64,000 nt of DNA from the human T2T-CHM13v2.0 reference genome, Homo sapiens: the NCBI RefSeq assembly GCF_009914755.1, contig NC_060930.1. One strand, written 5' to 3'. The notes under the pieces are model-generated. The model saw only the letters and a list, made by a program, of their open reading frames with translations, was not told the origin of the DNA and did no database searches. The position numbers were made by a program, and so were the translations under genes. Shown here piece after piece: positions 17,950 through 32,444 of this stretch. Each line of letters starts with the position of its first letter. Position 1 is the stretch's first letter.

Positions 17950-18248
17950 GGCCTGGTGTGGTGGCTCATGCCTGGAATCCCAGCACTTTGGGAGGTTGAG
18001 GTGAGCAGATCACTTGAGGGCAAGAGTTTGAAACCAGCCTGGCCAACATGGTGAAACCCCATCTCTACTAAAAATAGAAAAATTACCCAGGCATGGTGAC
18101 ACGCACCTGATGTCCCAGCTACTCAGGAGGCTGAGGCAGGAGAGTCGCTGAGGCAGAGGTTGCAGTGACGTGAGATCGTACCACTGCACTCCAGCCTGGG
18201 CAACAGAGTGAGACTCCGTCTCAAATAAATAAATAAATAAATAAATAT
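17950..18248 (+). mobile_element. AluS (Sz-like) with (TAAA)n tail
   Basis: Full dimer, about 9-bp deletion in the right arm; TSD aaaggatact(ca/ag)taattg at 17932-17949 and 18249-18266. Confidence 0.95.
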
Positions 18249-18503
18249 AAAGGATACTAGTAATTGTCCTCTTAATGAGTGCTTTGGATGTGTGCCTAAC
18301 CAAACACGCTGTGAGGTAATTGTAGTGCATGTCATGAAATTTGTGTTAGATTAGCATTTATTTGCAATTACTTTGATTACAATAATTGCAATCAAATCTG
18401 ATTGGAGAGGTCTCTTGTGAAAATCCCATCAACACATATTCTGCACCTACCATGTTCAAAGTATTATGCTCAATGCTGAAAACACATTCTCCTCACTTCA
18501 GAA

Positions 18504-18718
18504 TGGGGGCTGTCAACCTTGGCACTTTTGAGATATTGAAGTGGAAAATTGTATGAGGCTGTTCTGTACATCATAGGATATTTAGCAGCCTCCCTGGCCT
18601 CCATCCACTAAACGCCCATAAGTACACCCCCGTGTCCCCAGTTGTGGCAACTGAAAATATCTGCAGACATTGCCAAATGTCCCCGAAGGGCAAAATCATC
18701 CTGGTTGAGAAGTCAGTG
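18504..18718 (-). mobile_element. MER20 (hAT-Charlie)
   Basis: cagacattgccaaatgtcccc...gggcaaaatcatcctggttgagaa is the reverse of the MER20 5' end. Confidence 0.88.
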
Positions 18719-20144
18719 CTACAGAGGGATTCTTCACATACCCTGTTCTTAGGTTTCTTACTGCTCTTGCAGCATGGCTGACTTCTTATCATTTTAACAC
18801 CTCAGCCAGAACTCTGACTATAAACAACAACAGCAAACATTCTTATTGAGTAGGATGCCCAAATTTCAATTCCTGGGCATTTGCAATATGGCTTGTCTCC
18901 TACCTGGCATTTACTTTTTTTAAATCCTCATTAAGAAGTTGTAAACACTAAATACATTGCTGTTGGCACTAAAACAATGTTTATACATTCAACAAATACC
19001 TAGGAGATAGGAAGTAAGGAAAGGATCACATTATATTAGCCAATTAAATCATCCCTTTCTTAACGAATCAAGTCATCTGTTAGAAAGTAAATGGTACAAA
19101 GTAACTGTGTTAAGAGTTATCAATGATCAATTATTTGGAAATAATTCACTCAGAGACCGCTAAACAGGTCTGAACAGCCATATTACAAACAGGAAGAGGC
19201 TGATTTGCTTTTCTTATAAAATGTTGAGGTTCTAGAGGTATAAAACCCATTAGACTAGACAGAATAATTGTATTCCCATTCGTACAGACTCATTGCAGAG
19301 TAGAAAATCAAATCCTTGGGAATCAGATGAAGTATATCATAGCATTCTTAATTATTTGGGATCTAACCAGAATCATTAAAATGGTAAAAACAAAATTATA
19401 TTTTAAAAGTACAAAAAGAATTTAGTTATGATTATCATCAGCATGGGTTTCTCATCTACACTTCAACAATGAGATTAACACTACATGAAACACTGGTCTA
19501 ATGCTTTACAAGAAAGAGTTAAACGTCCCTCAAAAGCTTCAGATAATTACCTAAGCCAGAAGCAAGATGTTAGACTAGGCAGACTAATGATCTGATCTAG
19601 GATGGTAATTCCCATGGTTCCTAAGGAGCACAAGCATCAATCATTTAATAAATACATGGTTTCCAGTGGACTCCAGAGTGGGTGAAAAAAAATCTCAGCA
19701 GTAAGAAAATAGTCCAAATTTTCCTGGTGTATCAATATGTATGTCGCTTAAAGCAAGTCTATTTCTAACATAACACATTTCTAATCTTTCTTTCATATGC
19801 TATTATATTAATTAATGCAAGAATCAGTGCCAGAGGGGGAAGTCCCCATAAATGGACAATAAAGTGATGGGTTTTAACAAGATCTCGCAACTCTGCGTTT
19901 TGAATAATTATAGGCAAATATCCTTTTTGATCATAACTACTTCATTTCTTTTTAAAAAATTATACTGTAGCTGACTTTTCTACCTTTCCACCTCTCAGAT
20001 AACTATATCATGGCTTTCAAAACCCATGGTCTCCAGTTATGAAACACCTAAGAAGATTCCACTTGACTCTAAGTAAGCCTCAGTTGGTTAAACAATTATC
20101 CAAATCTGAGAGATTTTTAATTTCATTTCTGAATTCTCATATGG

Positions 20145-20730
20145 TAATTTTTTTCTTTTGTTGTAAAGTTCTATGAAGTTCAACAAATGTATACAGATTC
20201 ATATAACTACTACCATAATCAGGACAAAAAACAATTCTCTCATCTCCCAAAAGTCCCTTGGGCTACCCCTTACAGTAATACCCTCACCACACCCATATCT
20301 CTGGCCACCACTGGTCTTTTTACTGTCTCTATAGTTTTTCCTTTTCCAGAACGCTACGCAGTTGCAATCATACAGGATGTGTAGCCTTTCATACTGGCTT
20401 CTCTCACTCTGCATGTCTGAGAATCATCCAAGTTGTTGCATGTATCAATAGTTTGTCCCTTTTTACTTCTCAACACTAGTCCACAGTGTACTTATCCACA
20501 CTCTTGATGAAGGATATCTGGGTTGTTTCCAGTTTTTGACTGTCACAAATGAAGCTACTATGAATGTTCATTCTTCTAAAAATTTTTGTTGAATATAACT
20601 TTTTATTTCTCTAAGGTAAACAACCTGGACCAGGGCTGCCAGGGCGTATGTTAAGTATATATATAACTTTATAAGTAACTGCCAAACTGTTTTCCATAGT
20701 GTATGTATACTTTTGCACTCCTACCAGTAA
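20145..20730 (-). mobile_element. Old L1M (L1MC/MD-like) 3' region
   Basis: catccaagttgttgcatgtatcaatagtttg...ggttgtttccagtttttgact...actgccaaactgttttcca. Confidence 0.85.
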
Positions 20731-20957
20731 AATTCTCTAAAATTGGGTTATATAATGTGACAGAGGAAGCTGTAATGGTCATAAATGATTTGTTTATTTC
20801 TTTTTGTATCTGTGCTAACTATAAAATGTGCTCCATGCTTTTTGGGCTATTACGAAGATCAGAACCACACTCATTAATTCAACAAATATTTGGCGAGAAC
20901 TATTATGCTGGGAATAGTATTAAATAGAACAAATTTGGCCTCTGGAATATATATATG

Positions 20958-20959
<2 letters not shown>

Positions 20960-21001
<42 letters not shown>
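20960..21001. repeat. (TG)20 microsatellite
   Basis: Direct reading. Confidence 0.98.
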
Positions 21002-21006
<5 letters not shown>

Positions 21007-21174
21007 CAGTAATTTATTATTACCTGAGTAATTTTTCATTCTAAGGATGTATATAGAGTATATTAGCTAAAGATATTTTAGGAGAACTTGGCCTTGTTTT
21101 GATCAATTCTAGGTACATCTCATAGGAAGCATAAATAAAAAACATTAACTATGCTATAATTCTGATTTAATAAC

Positions 21175-21381
21175 AATGAAATTACCAAGTGTTCCTGAGA
21201 AATTGGTACAAATTAGAAACTAATTAAAATATAATACAAATTTTAATAACTGAACAAGAAACTTTGATTCCAAGATCTAGAAAAAGCAAATTTAGAATGC
21301 AGACAGAATGAGAACTATGAAAGGTACTTTAAAATATCAAAATTCTTTTGATAAATGGAGAGAGTATTTGAATGTCATCAA
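21175..21381 (+). repeat. 207-bp local duplication, copy 1 (presumed donor)
   Basis: Identical to 23617-23823 except C21194 vs T23636. Confidence 0.97.
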
Positions 21382-22844
21382 TGGCTAACACTCAATTCCC
21401 CTCTCTGGCTACACAACCTCACCAAGCTCAATCTCCTCCCCACCTTCTTTCTCTGAAAGTTCACCCTCTTGTCCAGATTCCCAGTATTCCATCTCCTTAT
21501 TAAGGCTCATTCTAGGATTTTCATTCTCTAATTCCTCTGGATTGATGGGTCACTGCCTCAAGATCATACCTGCAGCTTCCAAGTGGAAGACAATAGCACC
21601 CCCCAAGGATTGAATCTCTCCCCAGCTCAGACTACTAGTTTACTGCACCCCAGCCCCTCATTTGGGTCATCCAGAAGAGGAATCTGAGATTAATATCTAA
21701 CTTGTGATTCGCCAAGGAAGGGAAAATAAGCCAAAACCATTCTGTATGCACTTAACATTGCTTTCTTTGGTAAAATGCAGCCCATTACCTGAAAAGCCTC
21801 TGAAATTTGCAGAGAATTAAAAAACCCCATGCTTATATAAAAGGCTGAGTCATTTTCTAAGAGTTAGGCAAGCAACTCAAAGAGTTCAACTGCTAACAAG
21901 ATTGTTCAGAAATGAAGTCGCCTGAACATAATCAGTCCACCCTAATTGATTGCATACAGTTTTATTACATAACTGATGGTTCTAAACCCCAGCCAATTAG
22001 TTTGTCAAACAAAGATTAAATTCTTGACTGGTTTATTCAAGTTAAATTTAGGAAGGATTCACAATAGAACCCACCTTATCCTGGCAGCTGAAAATGTACT
22101 CTTTAACAACTAAAATTATTATGGGACTTTCCTATAACCAAAAACAGAAAAAGAGAAAAGTTTCATTGAGATATAAATTTTGAATAACTAAAACATTAAC
22201 TCTGGGTTGTATTTTATCTAATGCAATTTCCTTTGCTATATAGTTTCCTAATTTTGAGATCTTTTTAAAAAAATTTTCATGGTGAGTATCACTGGTAATG
22301 CCATATTCGAAATTATTAAACTAGAATTAAGCAAAAAATTAGCCTATTTGGCCTGACATTGATTCCAAAGAATCTCTTAGGCTGCTTGAGTCATTATTGC
22401 CAGTCAATCATTCACAGATGTCACCAACTTCTAATGTTTGGTAAAGAGTTAAGTCTGTCCAAAGATTCTGACATTTATTTCTGAGCATATTCCTCATAGT
22501 AGAGCCAAGTCATTTAAAATAATCCTCATTATAAATGCTCATGTTTACATTGCATTTTTAGCATTCCATTAGTTAAATTCCAGTATGATAAAGCAAAATA
22601 TTTTCCTAAAACTGGGCAGCTAGAGAAATAAATCAATTAACCAGTTTTCATTAAGCACCTGTTATTCATTCAGCCCTATGCAAAGTAAAACAAGATACAA
22701 AAGAAGGATTAGAAATAGATATAGGTGAGACACAGAATTCATGATTTCAATGTCCAGGCTAGTGTTAAATATTGCATTGGAAAGATTTTTAGAAACTAAT
22801 TTTTTCTCCAACTTTATATAAGTTTATATTAGTATTTTATAGTG

Positions 22845-22995
22845 CAGAAGTCAGCAAAATTTCCATAAGAGACCAAAGAGTAAGAATTTTAGGCTTTGTG
22901 GCCAAGAGGAAAAATCAAGGATATTATGTACACACTTATTAAAAGAGAAAATTAATTTCCACATTTTTATTGATAAAATTCAAAAATTATATCAT
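22845..22995 (+). mobile_element. MER58/Cheshire-family hAT fragment
   Basis: cagaagtcagcaaaatttcc...ttttaggctttgtggccaagaggaaaaatcaaggatattatgta. Confidence 0.65.
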
Positions 22996-23069
22996 ATTAA
23001 TCATATCTCAAACAATAAAATTTGTGGAAGTAATTACTATGTTTTATTTTATAAGACCTCAATACAGAA

Positions 23070-23850
23070 TAGAGAAGTCATTATACAAGAAAACTACTTG
23101 CACACACATGTTTATAGCAGCACAATTCACAATTGCAAAAATATGGAACCAGCCCAAATGCCCATCAATCGAATGGATAAAAATACATATTATTATATAT
23201 TATATATATTATATGTATAATATATAATATATTATATATATTATACGTATAATATATAATATATTATATATATGTCATGGAATACTACTCAGCCATACAA
23301 AGGAATAAATTAGTGGCATTTGCAGTAACCTGGATGGAATTGGAGACTATTATTTTAAGTGAAGTAACTCAGGAATGGAAAGCCAAACATTGTATGATCT
23401 CACTCATAAGTGGGAGCTAAGCTATGAGGATGCAAAGGCGTAAGAATTAAACAGTGTATTTTGGCGACTCAGGGGAAAAGATAGGAGGCAGGTGAAAGAT
23501 AAAAGACTACAAATTGGGTTCAGTGTACACTGCTCGGGTGATGGGTGCACCAAAATCTCACAAATCACCTCTAAAGGACTTACTCATGTAACCAAATACC
23601 AACTGTTCCTCCAAATAATGAAATTACCAAGTGTTTCTGAGAAATTGGTACAAATTAGAAACTAATTAAAATATAATACAAATTTTAATAACTGAACAAG
23701 AAACTTTGATTCCAAGATCTAGAAAAAGCAAATTTAGAATGCAGACAGAATGAGAACTATGAAAGGTACTTTAAAATATCAAAATTCTTTTGATAAATGG
23801 AGAGAGTATTTGAATGTCATCAAATAAGAAATTAAATAATAAATTAATAA
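23070..23850 (+). mobile_element. L1PB (L1PB1/2-like) 3' end, interrupted by an AT microsatellite and the 207-bp insert
   Basis: gaagtaactcaggaatggaaagccaaacat...tgctcgggtgatgggtgcaccaaaatctcacaaatcacc...cttactcatgtaaccaaatacc; (TA)-rich block 23185-23273. Confidence 0.9.
23617..23823 (+). repeat. 207-bp local duplication, copy 2 (inserted in the L1PB tail)
   Basis: 206/207 identical to 21175-21381, offset 2442 bp. Confidence 0.97.
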
Positions 23851-25329
23851 ATGCACTGTTAAAAGAGAAAGAAAAAGGAATAGATAATTCAAATGTACCA
23901 AATTTTTTCTGGGATTCAGAATTATCAGAAATCAATTTTTTTTTTTTTTTGCTTGCGGTTACCTTCAATTAAATAGGTGTTAAGCTTTCCTGTAGTTTGT
24001 TCTAGATAACAAGGAAACAAAGATAAATGGCCCCCTGCCCTCAAAGCACTAAAATGTAAGAGGAAAAGACAAATAGACAAAGCACAATGATGGCATGTAA
24101 TGTGTGCTGCAATAAATGTCTGTATACAGAGTGCTCCATAAACATTTATAGAAAGTGCTACATAAACAAAGATGAAGGACTTATGAAAATATTGTTGAAG
24201 GTTTATCTAAAAAGGTACATTTCTCCCCTTGTGGTCTTAGTAATAAAAACGCTGGGCCTTCAGAGTGTCTAATTGATTGAGGATCCTTTTGTTGCTTCTG
24301 AATGATGGTTCTGATCTGTTTTCATTATATATTAATAGCTTTATAGTGGTGGGTGTTCCAGTAATTTGCTTGAATCAGAAGGGACTGTGAGGATACAGTC
24401 AAGAAGTACTTTATTTCTATATTTTTTTTACTAAGTCTATCACAGTGCATTTTCTTTTCTCCTGGCAATTATGATTCTGGTTATTTGAGGGCTCTAGTTA
24501 ATGGAGAACTTCCCCCTAGCAGTCTCAAGCACTAAAATGAGGATTGACAAAAAACAAACAAACAAAATCCAGATTATTCAATATAATTCCAAGCCAGAAG
24601 AAGGAGGGGAATAACTATAATTTTATTATCTTTTTTTAAACCAGTGTGCCATACAGTAGGCAATGAACTACCAAAGCCACATACTTATTATCTAAATTCA
24701 GAAGGAAACCAAAGTCTCAAGTCTCCTCTCTCCCAAGGAGGTCTGTTGTAAACTATGACCTAAAATGTAGCAACATGCCTGATTGATGACATATTAAAGA
24801 ATCTTGCAAACTTTTCTCTTCAAATATCAACTACATGATGACTTCAGCATCTCCCTGTACTACACCAAAAGGATGCAGATGGTACACATTTTGTGTTTTA
24901 ATTCCTGGAAAGCTCATCTGGAAATAAACATAAATATAAGTCAAGATGCTCTACTGTTTTGGAGGGAATGCAGACCATTCACATTTCTGCTCCAGTGATC
25001 CTCATTTGAAGGGTAGCTAGTTTATTTCCAAAAGTCTGTTGCTACCTCAGAGTCACATCAGCCATGCCAATACTGACAGGAGGCACTAATGAGATCAGAA
25101 TAGCTACATCTTCTATCTTTCTTTATCCTCCCTCTGACAATTTTAGTCAACCAACACCTGTAGAAAGGGAGTTTACTCTGCAATCTCTTCTGGCATGCAA
25201 TCTATTTTCTAGATTGGTAAATAAAGCATAGACACCCATCAAACGAAAGACAAAACCAGAATAACATATTGCCCAGAGGTACAGAGGCCTCAAGCAACAA
25301 GCAGTGTTTATCATACTGCAAAGGAGAGT

Positions 25330-26545
25330 GGTACCTGAAAAGGAGACCAGAGTCTTGTGATAGAGGTTAGATTACAAAGCACATCAAATGTTATACCAAT
25401 GAACTGAGATTTTCTTCTATAAGATAAAGGGAAGCCAGTACAAGTTTTATACAGACACTTACATAATCAGATTAACATTTTAGAAAAGAGCACTTCTTTC
25501 TGTAGACTGTGGAATTATAGACATTTAGACTAGTAAAAGAAGAACAGTATTTACTGCTATAGCTCAGGTAAAAGCTCACACCAAAGCAGTAGCAAGAAAA
25601 TTAAGAAGAAAGGATGGATTTAGCAGCTATTAAGAAGAAGAACTTTGCAAGTCTTTGTGACTCTGTGAAGGATGGAACCGAGGGAGGTGCAGTCAAGGGT
25701 GACTACTAATTTGGGAGACTGGGTGGAGAGTGTACTGTTGAAAATAAGGCATTCTAAAACAGGTGGAACAGAGATGTTGTCTAGGTAAAATAGTTGGATA
25801 TTCAGATCTGGAGGTAGTGGATGAAGGGTAAGACTAGGTTAGAGATAGGGATTTGGGATCTTCATCACAGACCTGATAGTTGAAGGCCTGGGCTTTGATA
25901 AGATCAGGAGGAGAAAAATTAAGAGGAAAAGGAGAAGGCAGTTAAAGACAAACTTTAGAGAATACTAACATTGGAGGTATAGGTAGAAGAGGATTCAGAG
26001 GGAGAATATGAAGAGGAGGCAATGTCTGAGGTAGTGGTGGCTCCCAAACTCCTATTTCAAAAGGACTGAGATCAGCAATGAGGTCAGAAGAGGGCTTGAA
26101 GATTTGTTTGCATAGTAGAGTATTTAATCAAATAATTGAGAAAACTCAGTTGTCCATATCAAAGAATGAGGGCTGTTGTGGACATTATGTTCCCAACCCA
26201 GCTCCACCTTTCAGTTACTACAGTACCGAGAAGTAGAAGAACCAGGAGAGTGCACTGCCTTGAAAAATCAAAGGAGGATGGGATTTTAAGAACCAGGGAG
26301 TGGACTTGGTGTCAAATTCCCCAGAGATCATAAAGTAAGGACAAAATACCAGTCAATTTAGCAATGACTAATGTTTGCCAGTGCAATTTCAGTGAAGTGA
26401 TGAGGGGAAAAGCCCATGGCAGTGAGGAGAGGGTGAGTAAGAGGTAAGGAAGAGTCAATGTGGGCAGACCTCTTTAAGAAATTTGACTATGAAGCAATGA
26501 AGAAGAATATGACAGTAGCTCCAGGGGGATTCTGGGTCAAAGAGC
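25330..26545 (-). mobile_element. L2 (L2c-like), fragmented
   Basis: Purine-rich reverse L2: cattttagaaaagagcact...agttggatattcagatctggag...gaaccaggagagtg...gacagtagctccaggggga. Confidence 0.75.
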
Positions 26546-28459
26546 CTCAAAAATAGTTTGACTGCACAAGTAGAGACCCTGTATTAGAGCTACTCCTCAG
26601 AACTCCACGATACACCTGCAATGCCAGCAGCACAGATTGATGACTGTTCCTCTCTGGAAAATGTCTCTCCCATAGGGCCCCATTTCCATCTAAAAGTCCA
26701 CTAAGATTCATTTAGTTGGACCTTAAAGGCTTTTTACTGACAGCAATTTTCTATTAAAGTGCAAACATCCAGTAACAACTGGAAATGAGGCTAGGATAGA
26801 TGCTTGAAGTAGAAAGGGGAAGTGATAAAGCAAAAGCCAAAAAATAAAAATTAAAAAAAATCTTTGCCTGCTTCATGGTCATGGGCAGAGAAGGGCAATT
26901 GTGATTAATCACAGGTGCTGGCTAGCTGAAGTTATTCTTTATGTCTTATATACAGACAGGCATTATACACAGAGTATCAATTTTTAGAATACAAATTCAA
27001 TTAAATAAACTTAATACTAATTTGGATGAAAATTAAGTCTATTCGGTGATACAGATAGCATTTACAGATATTAAATGCCCCAGGGTAAAACTTATGGAGA
27101 TCATTTGTAATTTTCCCTAAATGTATAATCATAGAAGTAAAGGAAGGACTTGGGAAAATCAAAGCCTGATAATGATTACTAGGTGACTTTCCTCTCTCGA
27201 AATTTTTTCACAATTGAAACAGCTCATTGATACCGTTGCCTGTTGTGTCTGCTGCTGTCTCCATCCCAATTTCTTTCTTCTGATCATAGGTCCACAGGAA
27301 CAGTGTTGTTGACTTACATATTGAATGCAGTCATTCACAATTTATGCATCTGCAATCTACATATGGCCCTTTATGCATGTAAGAAACTGAAAATAATGCT
27401 TCCAACCTGTCTAAGAGATACTGCAGCCCAAGTAGGCCCTTCCTTTCTGCTACAAATTGAAAATCCTTTCCCCACCCTGTCAAGGATAACTTTATATATA
27501 TATCATCTCTAATTCTCCCATGGTAAAAAAAAAAAAAAAGGGTAACATGACTAATGAAAGAGGGAGGTGAAAGAGGAAAAGGAGGAGCAGCAGAAGGAGG
27601 AGGAACAAGTGGAAGAGGGGTCAGTAAATGCCAAAACTATTTTCCATCCATTGAATCACTGATACTCCACTTCCATCCCTAAACTCTGTCCCATTTTGTC
27701 ATCTGTCCATTAACACCTTTTCCCTACAGTCCCATCCCAAGCCAAATTCTTGTAATGAAATGTCTAGAAAAGTGTGAATCTGATTCTCCTCTGAAATATT
27801 TTGAATTTTACTTTAATTCTCTGGAAAGCCGACGAAGTACCATTAGCTTTTATATGTGAGGTTGCCTTTCTCTAAAGTTGAGCTCAGACCCTGGCTCTGA
27901 TGATCTGAGATGTGGCAGTGTTGCTATAAGTTGAACTCTCAAAATTATTGCAAAGGATTTGAGAATTCATATGCTAGCCAAGCATTGTGTAAACTGGAAA
28001 AATATTAATTTGATGAATAGATTTCTACACTTTTTCTTTCAAATTTGATTATCTGTGTGGTGATTACTAAAACATGTTCACTTAAAAGAATTGCTGAATA
28101 TATAAGAATTGCTTTATATCAATGTGTATATTTATAATAATCAATAAATAAGAAATCATTGCTACCATGACAGCCTGATAAGTTTGTTGATATTAAGTAT
28201 GCTGGGGAGTGATTTCCAAATTAAAAATGTGACACTGTCCCAAGAAAGAATGTTGAACTAAAAATGGTATCTGAAAATAAATCCATCAGCATCTTCACTC
28301 ATCCTTTCTGCTTTCTTTTGCCTCATTTGATGTTCCTATTCCTGCAAAAGGCCCTCTAGCCTACAGGGTGACTTTTTGCAACTGTGAACAAGGCACCTCC
28401 AGTATGATGCATCCCATACCAGGTGAACAGAGTACAGGCTGGCCTCATTGGCAAACTCA

Positions 28460-30320
28460 ATTTCTTCCACCTGGGCTCTGAAACCCACATCCTCCCAATT
28501 TATCAAGAAATCTTGCTCCCGTACTTTTACTCTAAGTCTACTGACTTATCCTCATGAATATTAAAACATGTCTAAGACCTCCTGGATCTTAACAGATCCT
28601 TTCCCCAACTCCAGCTACCACTCTGTCCTTTTTCCTCCAACCTTTCATACTTGCTAGACTTCTTGGTAAAATGTTTTACTCTCACCATCCCTACGTACTC
28701 CCACTTACCCCCAACCCATTCCCGTCTGACTTCCAGCCATGCCACTTCTCTGAAACTGCTTGTATCAAGATTATCAATAAAGTCTATATTATCAGATCCA
28801 ATAATTTCTTCTCAGGACTCATTTTTTCCCTAGTTGAAGGATTTGATACTGTATCATCCCACCCACCTTGGAATGCTTTTATTCTGTGAATTTGGTGACT
28901 CTAAAATTACCCTGTATTCCTCCTATATGTCTGTCTACTCCTTCTCAATATGCTTTGTGAGATCGTCCTTGTCTAGTCATTCCTTCAACATTGGGGGGCT
29001 CTTATTCTGCACACATAATTTTATTCTGTCCCTGAGCCTTGGTTACATCTACAGGGTGATCCTCAAATCTTTGACCTGTCATGTAAACTTCAGAACTGCA
29101 TATTTAATTCCTTAAAGGGCATCACCACTTGGATGACTATCATATACCTCATATTCAATATGTCTAAAACTGAATTCTTCAAATCTGCTTCTCCTGCAGG
29201 ATTCTCCCAGTACATGGCACCACCAGCCACTCAGTTGTTTAAGGAGCAACCTCAAAGTCATCCCTCCCTCCTCCTCTCTTTTCCTCATCTCTTACCTCTA
29301 ATCAATCAAGAAGTCCAGCTAATTTCACTTCACAAATCTCACTGGAATCCATGTATTTCTCATGTAATCATCCTCATCATTTGCTGCCTCATTATCTCCT
29401 ATGTCATTATTCTGTACTGAACTTGCTGATTTATCTCTTGTCCCTATCCAATCTATTCTCTGCAACACAGTCAGAATACTCTTTTAAACATGCAGGTCTA
29501 ATCATGATATTTCCTCATTTAAAATCCTTTATGAATGTGTTACTGCCCTTAGAATCAAGTCCCAACTCCTTAACATGGGTTATTATATATTCTGGGAACT
29601 GAGATTTCATGTTCCAATATCATCTTGGTCCATTCTCCAGCCAGGTTGGACTTCTTTTCATTTGTTAAAGATACAACACAGTCTCTAATCTATGGGCTTT
29701 TGCACAGATTGTCCCACCATCTCATGTACTTTTTCCAACAACTCTTTCTATACAATGATAACTTGTCTTTCAAATCTCAACCTCCATATCACTTGCTCCA
29801 AGAAGATTTCCCTTCTCTCCTAAATCAAATATTGACAAACTATGACCCATAGGGCCAATTTGCCCATGGCTTGTTATGAAACAGCCCTCAGGCTAAGAAT
29901 GGTTTTAAACTTCTAAAAGGATATTAAAAGAAAAAGAAGAAAAAGAGAAAAAGAACAGGAGGAGAAAGGGAAGAAAGAGCAGGAGAAGGAGAAATGAAGA
30001 CCATTTATGGCCCTTCTAGCCCAAAACAGTTGCCTTTAAAAACTAAAATATTTACTATCTGACCCTTTTCAGAAAAGTTTGCTAACTCCTGCCTTAGATC
30101 ATAAGCATAGGTCCCCCTACTACGTGCTCCCTTGATGCCCTGAACTTTCCTGGTTATCACATTTGTGCTTTGTATTACAATCAGTTTTTTAATGTCTCAT
30201 TTTCACACTAGACTATGAGCTCTTCAAAGTCAAGCACCATGTTCACCTTTATCACACTACATTCCAAGTATGTTGTACCTGGTAGAGTCTCAGTAAACAT
30301 TTGTTGAATGAACCAAAATG
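28460..30320 (+). mobile_element. L2, long 3' segment split by MER58B
   Basis: tctgacttccagccatgccacttctctgaaactgct...ctagactatgagctcttcaaagtcaagcaccatg...ctcagtaaacatttgttgaatgaa. Confidence 0.82.
29826..30091 (+). mobile_element. MER58B-like hAT MITE with internal GA-rich tract
   Basis: gacaaactatgaccc...gctaagaatggtttt...aaaatatttactatctgacccttttcagaaaagtttgctaactcctg. Confidence 0.8.
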
Positions 30321-30974
30321 AAAATGAAAACAAATGACAGCTTCCATATTGCTGGTGTCCACAAAAAGGCCATGGAAACACTTCCAGGGGTGTATGACTA
30401 GGACAACCACACATCCCCATGTTTTTCAGGGCAGTGATGATTTATTCTTGTTGTCCCAGCAAAATTATTAACTGTTTTCCCTTTCCCTCTCAAGAGTATC
30501 TCACTTCGGAGGAAGTTAGGATACTCGGAAAAAGTTCTTAAGCCCAACCCCTGGGAAGATTTTCTAGAGACCATTGTTGCAGAAATGATAGTGACCTTTG
30601 TATCAAAAGACAGCACTCTTTCTATGGGAAAAAGAATCATTGTAACACATACTGTTCAGAATCCAGAAAAATATTAGTAAAATGTGTTTATGGAATATTA
30701 TGATTGAAATAGACTTTTGTTCACTGACGTAAAGGTTTTCCTATGATTTTTAACATGGTCATTGTGTGAAATACATTGCAAATAACCAACTTTTATAAAT
30801 CCATCTTGAGTTTGGAACAGTCAATATAATTACATTTAATGAATAAATACACAGTAAGTTTTTTTGTGTGTACCTGACATCTATGCTTTAGTCATTTTTT
30901 TTTTTTTTTTTTTACATAACTGACAAAACAGATATTCTAGCTAGTCAATGTGCAGGACTGATTTAAAAGGAATT

Positions 30975-31532
<558 letters not shown>

Positions 31533-31749
31533 CTAACAGAAATCTATATTGTACTTATTTATACATGAATCTTACCTATCCAATGGAAGATATGAGTTCT
31601 ACATCTTTTAATTTCCTTTTCACTTCTCTAAATAGTGTTTTGCCACCACTGTTCTGGGACCCAGGCCAAACTCATTAAACATATATATCTATTACTAATA
31701 ATATATTATTTGAATATGTGTTGAATATACACTCAATACTCAATATAAA

Positions 31750-31945
31750 ATTTGAATACTTATTGAATATATGCAACATATTAGGCAGTAATCTTATGTA
31801 ATGTTTTTACTCATCACAAAAACCAAATGAGGTAAGCGCCATCTATAAAAATGAGAAGACTGAGGCTAGGAGCAAATAACTTGCCTAGAGATACACAGCT
31901 AGTATGTGCAACAGATGGGATCTCAATTCAGATCTTTCTGAGTTG
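31750..31945 (-). mobile_element. MIR SINE
   Basis: atgagaagactgaggctaggagcaaataacttgcctagagatacacagctagt. Confidence 0.75.
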
Positions 31946-31987
31946 ACTATGAACAACAATACTATCATAACCATTTCCTTAGGAGGC

Positions 31988-32444
31988 TGTATCAGGTACC
32001 TCTTGTGTGCTACTTCAAATCTTCTTGGTCTCATCTTTTACTTTAGCCACTGATGAGGCTCCCAGTTCCATGCAGGAGGAAGCTAACAGTGTCCTGCCTT
32101 CTGCCCCAGGCCTCTCTGATGTTACTGCATGAGATGAACCACTTAGCATTCATACGTGTGCAACCAAGAAGTGTTGGTGTTGGGGATACTTTAACCAATC
32201 AGAGACAGGAACCTGTCCCTTCTCCTTTTTCCCATGGGCAGTGTTGGGATAAATTTCATAAGGATCCTGAGAAAGCCTCACAAGATCAGTATTTCCTGTA
32301 GGCATCCTGAGTTGCCTTCCCTCCTTCTTTGTTTCACTAATGCAGTCCCCCACTCCTGTTCCCTGGAACCATCTCCCAAATAAATAACCTATACGCAAGT
32401 CTTTGTCCCAGGCTCTGTTTTCAGTGGCATTCAGGACAAGAAGA
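31988..32444 (+). mobile_element. LTR16-family (ERVL) solo LTR
   Basis: caaccaagaagtg...aaccaatc...ctcccaaataaataacctatacgcaagtctttgtcccaggctctgttt; AATAAA 32379-32384. Confidence 0.75.

Noticed and set aside
23617-23850. L1 3' transduction as the origin of the 207-bp copy
   Set aside because: The donor has no upstream L1 and the near-identity is incompatible with L1PB age.
25330-30320. Oppositely oriented L2 pair as a dsRNA stem
   Set aside because: The copies are far too diverged to pair stably.
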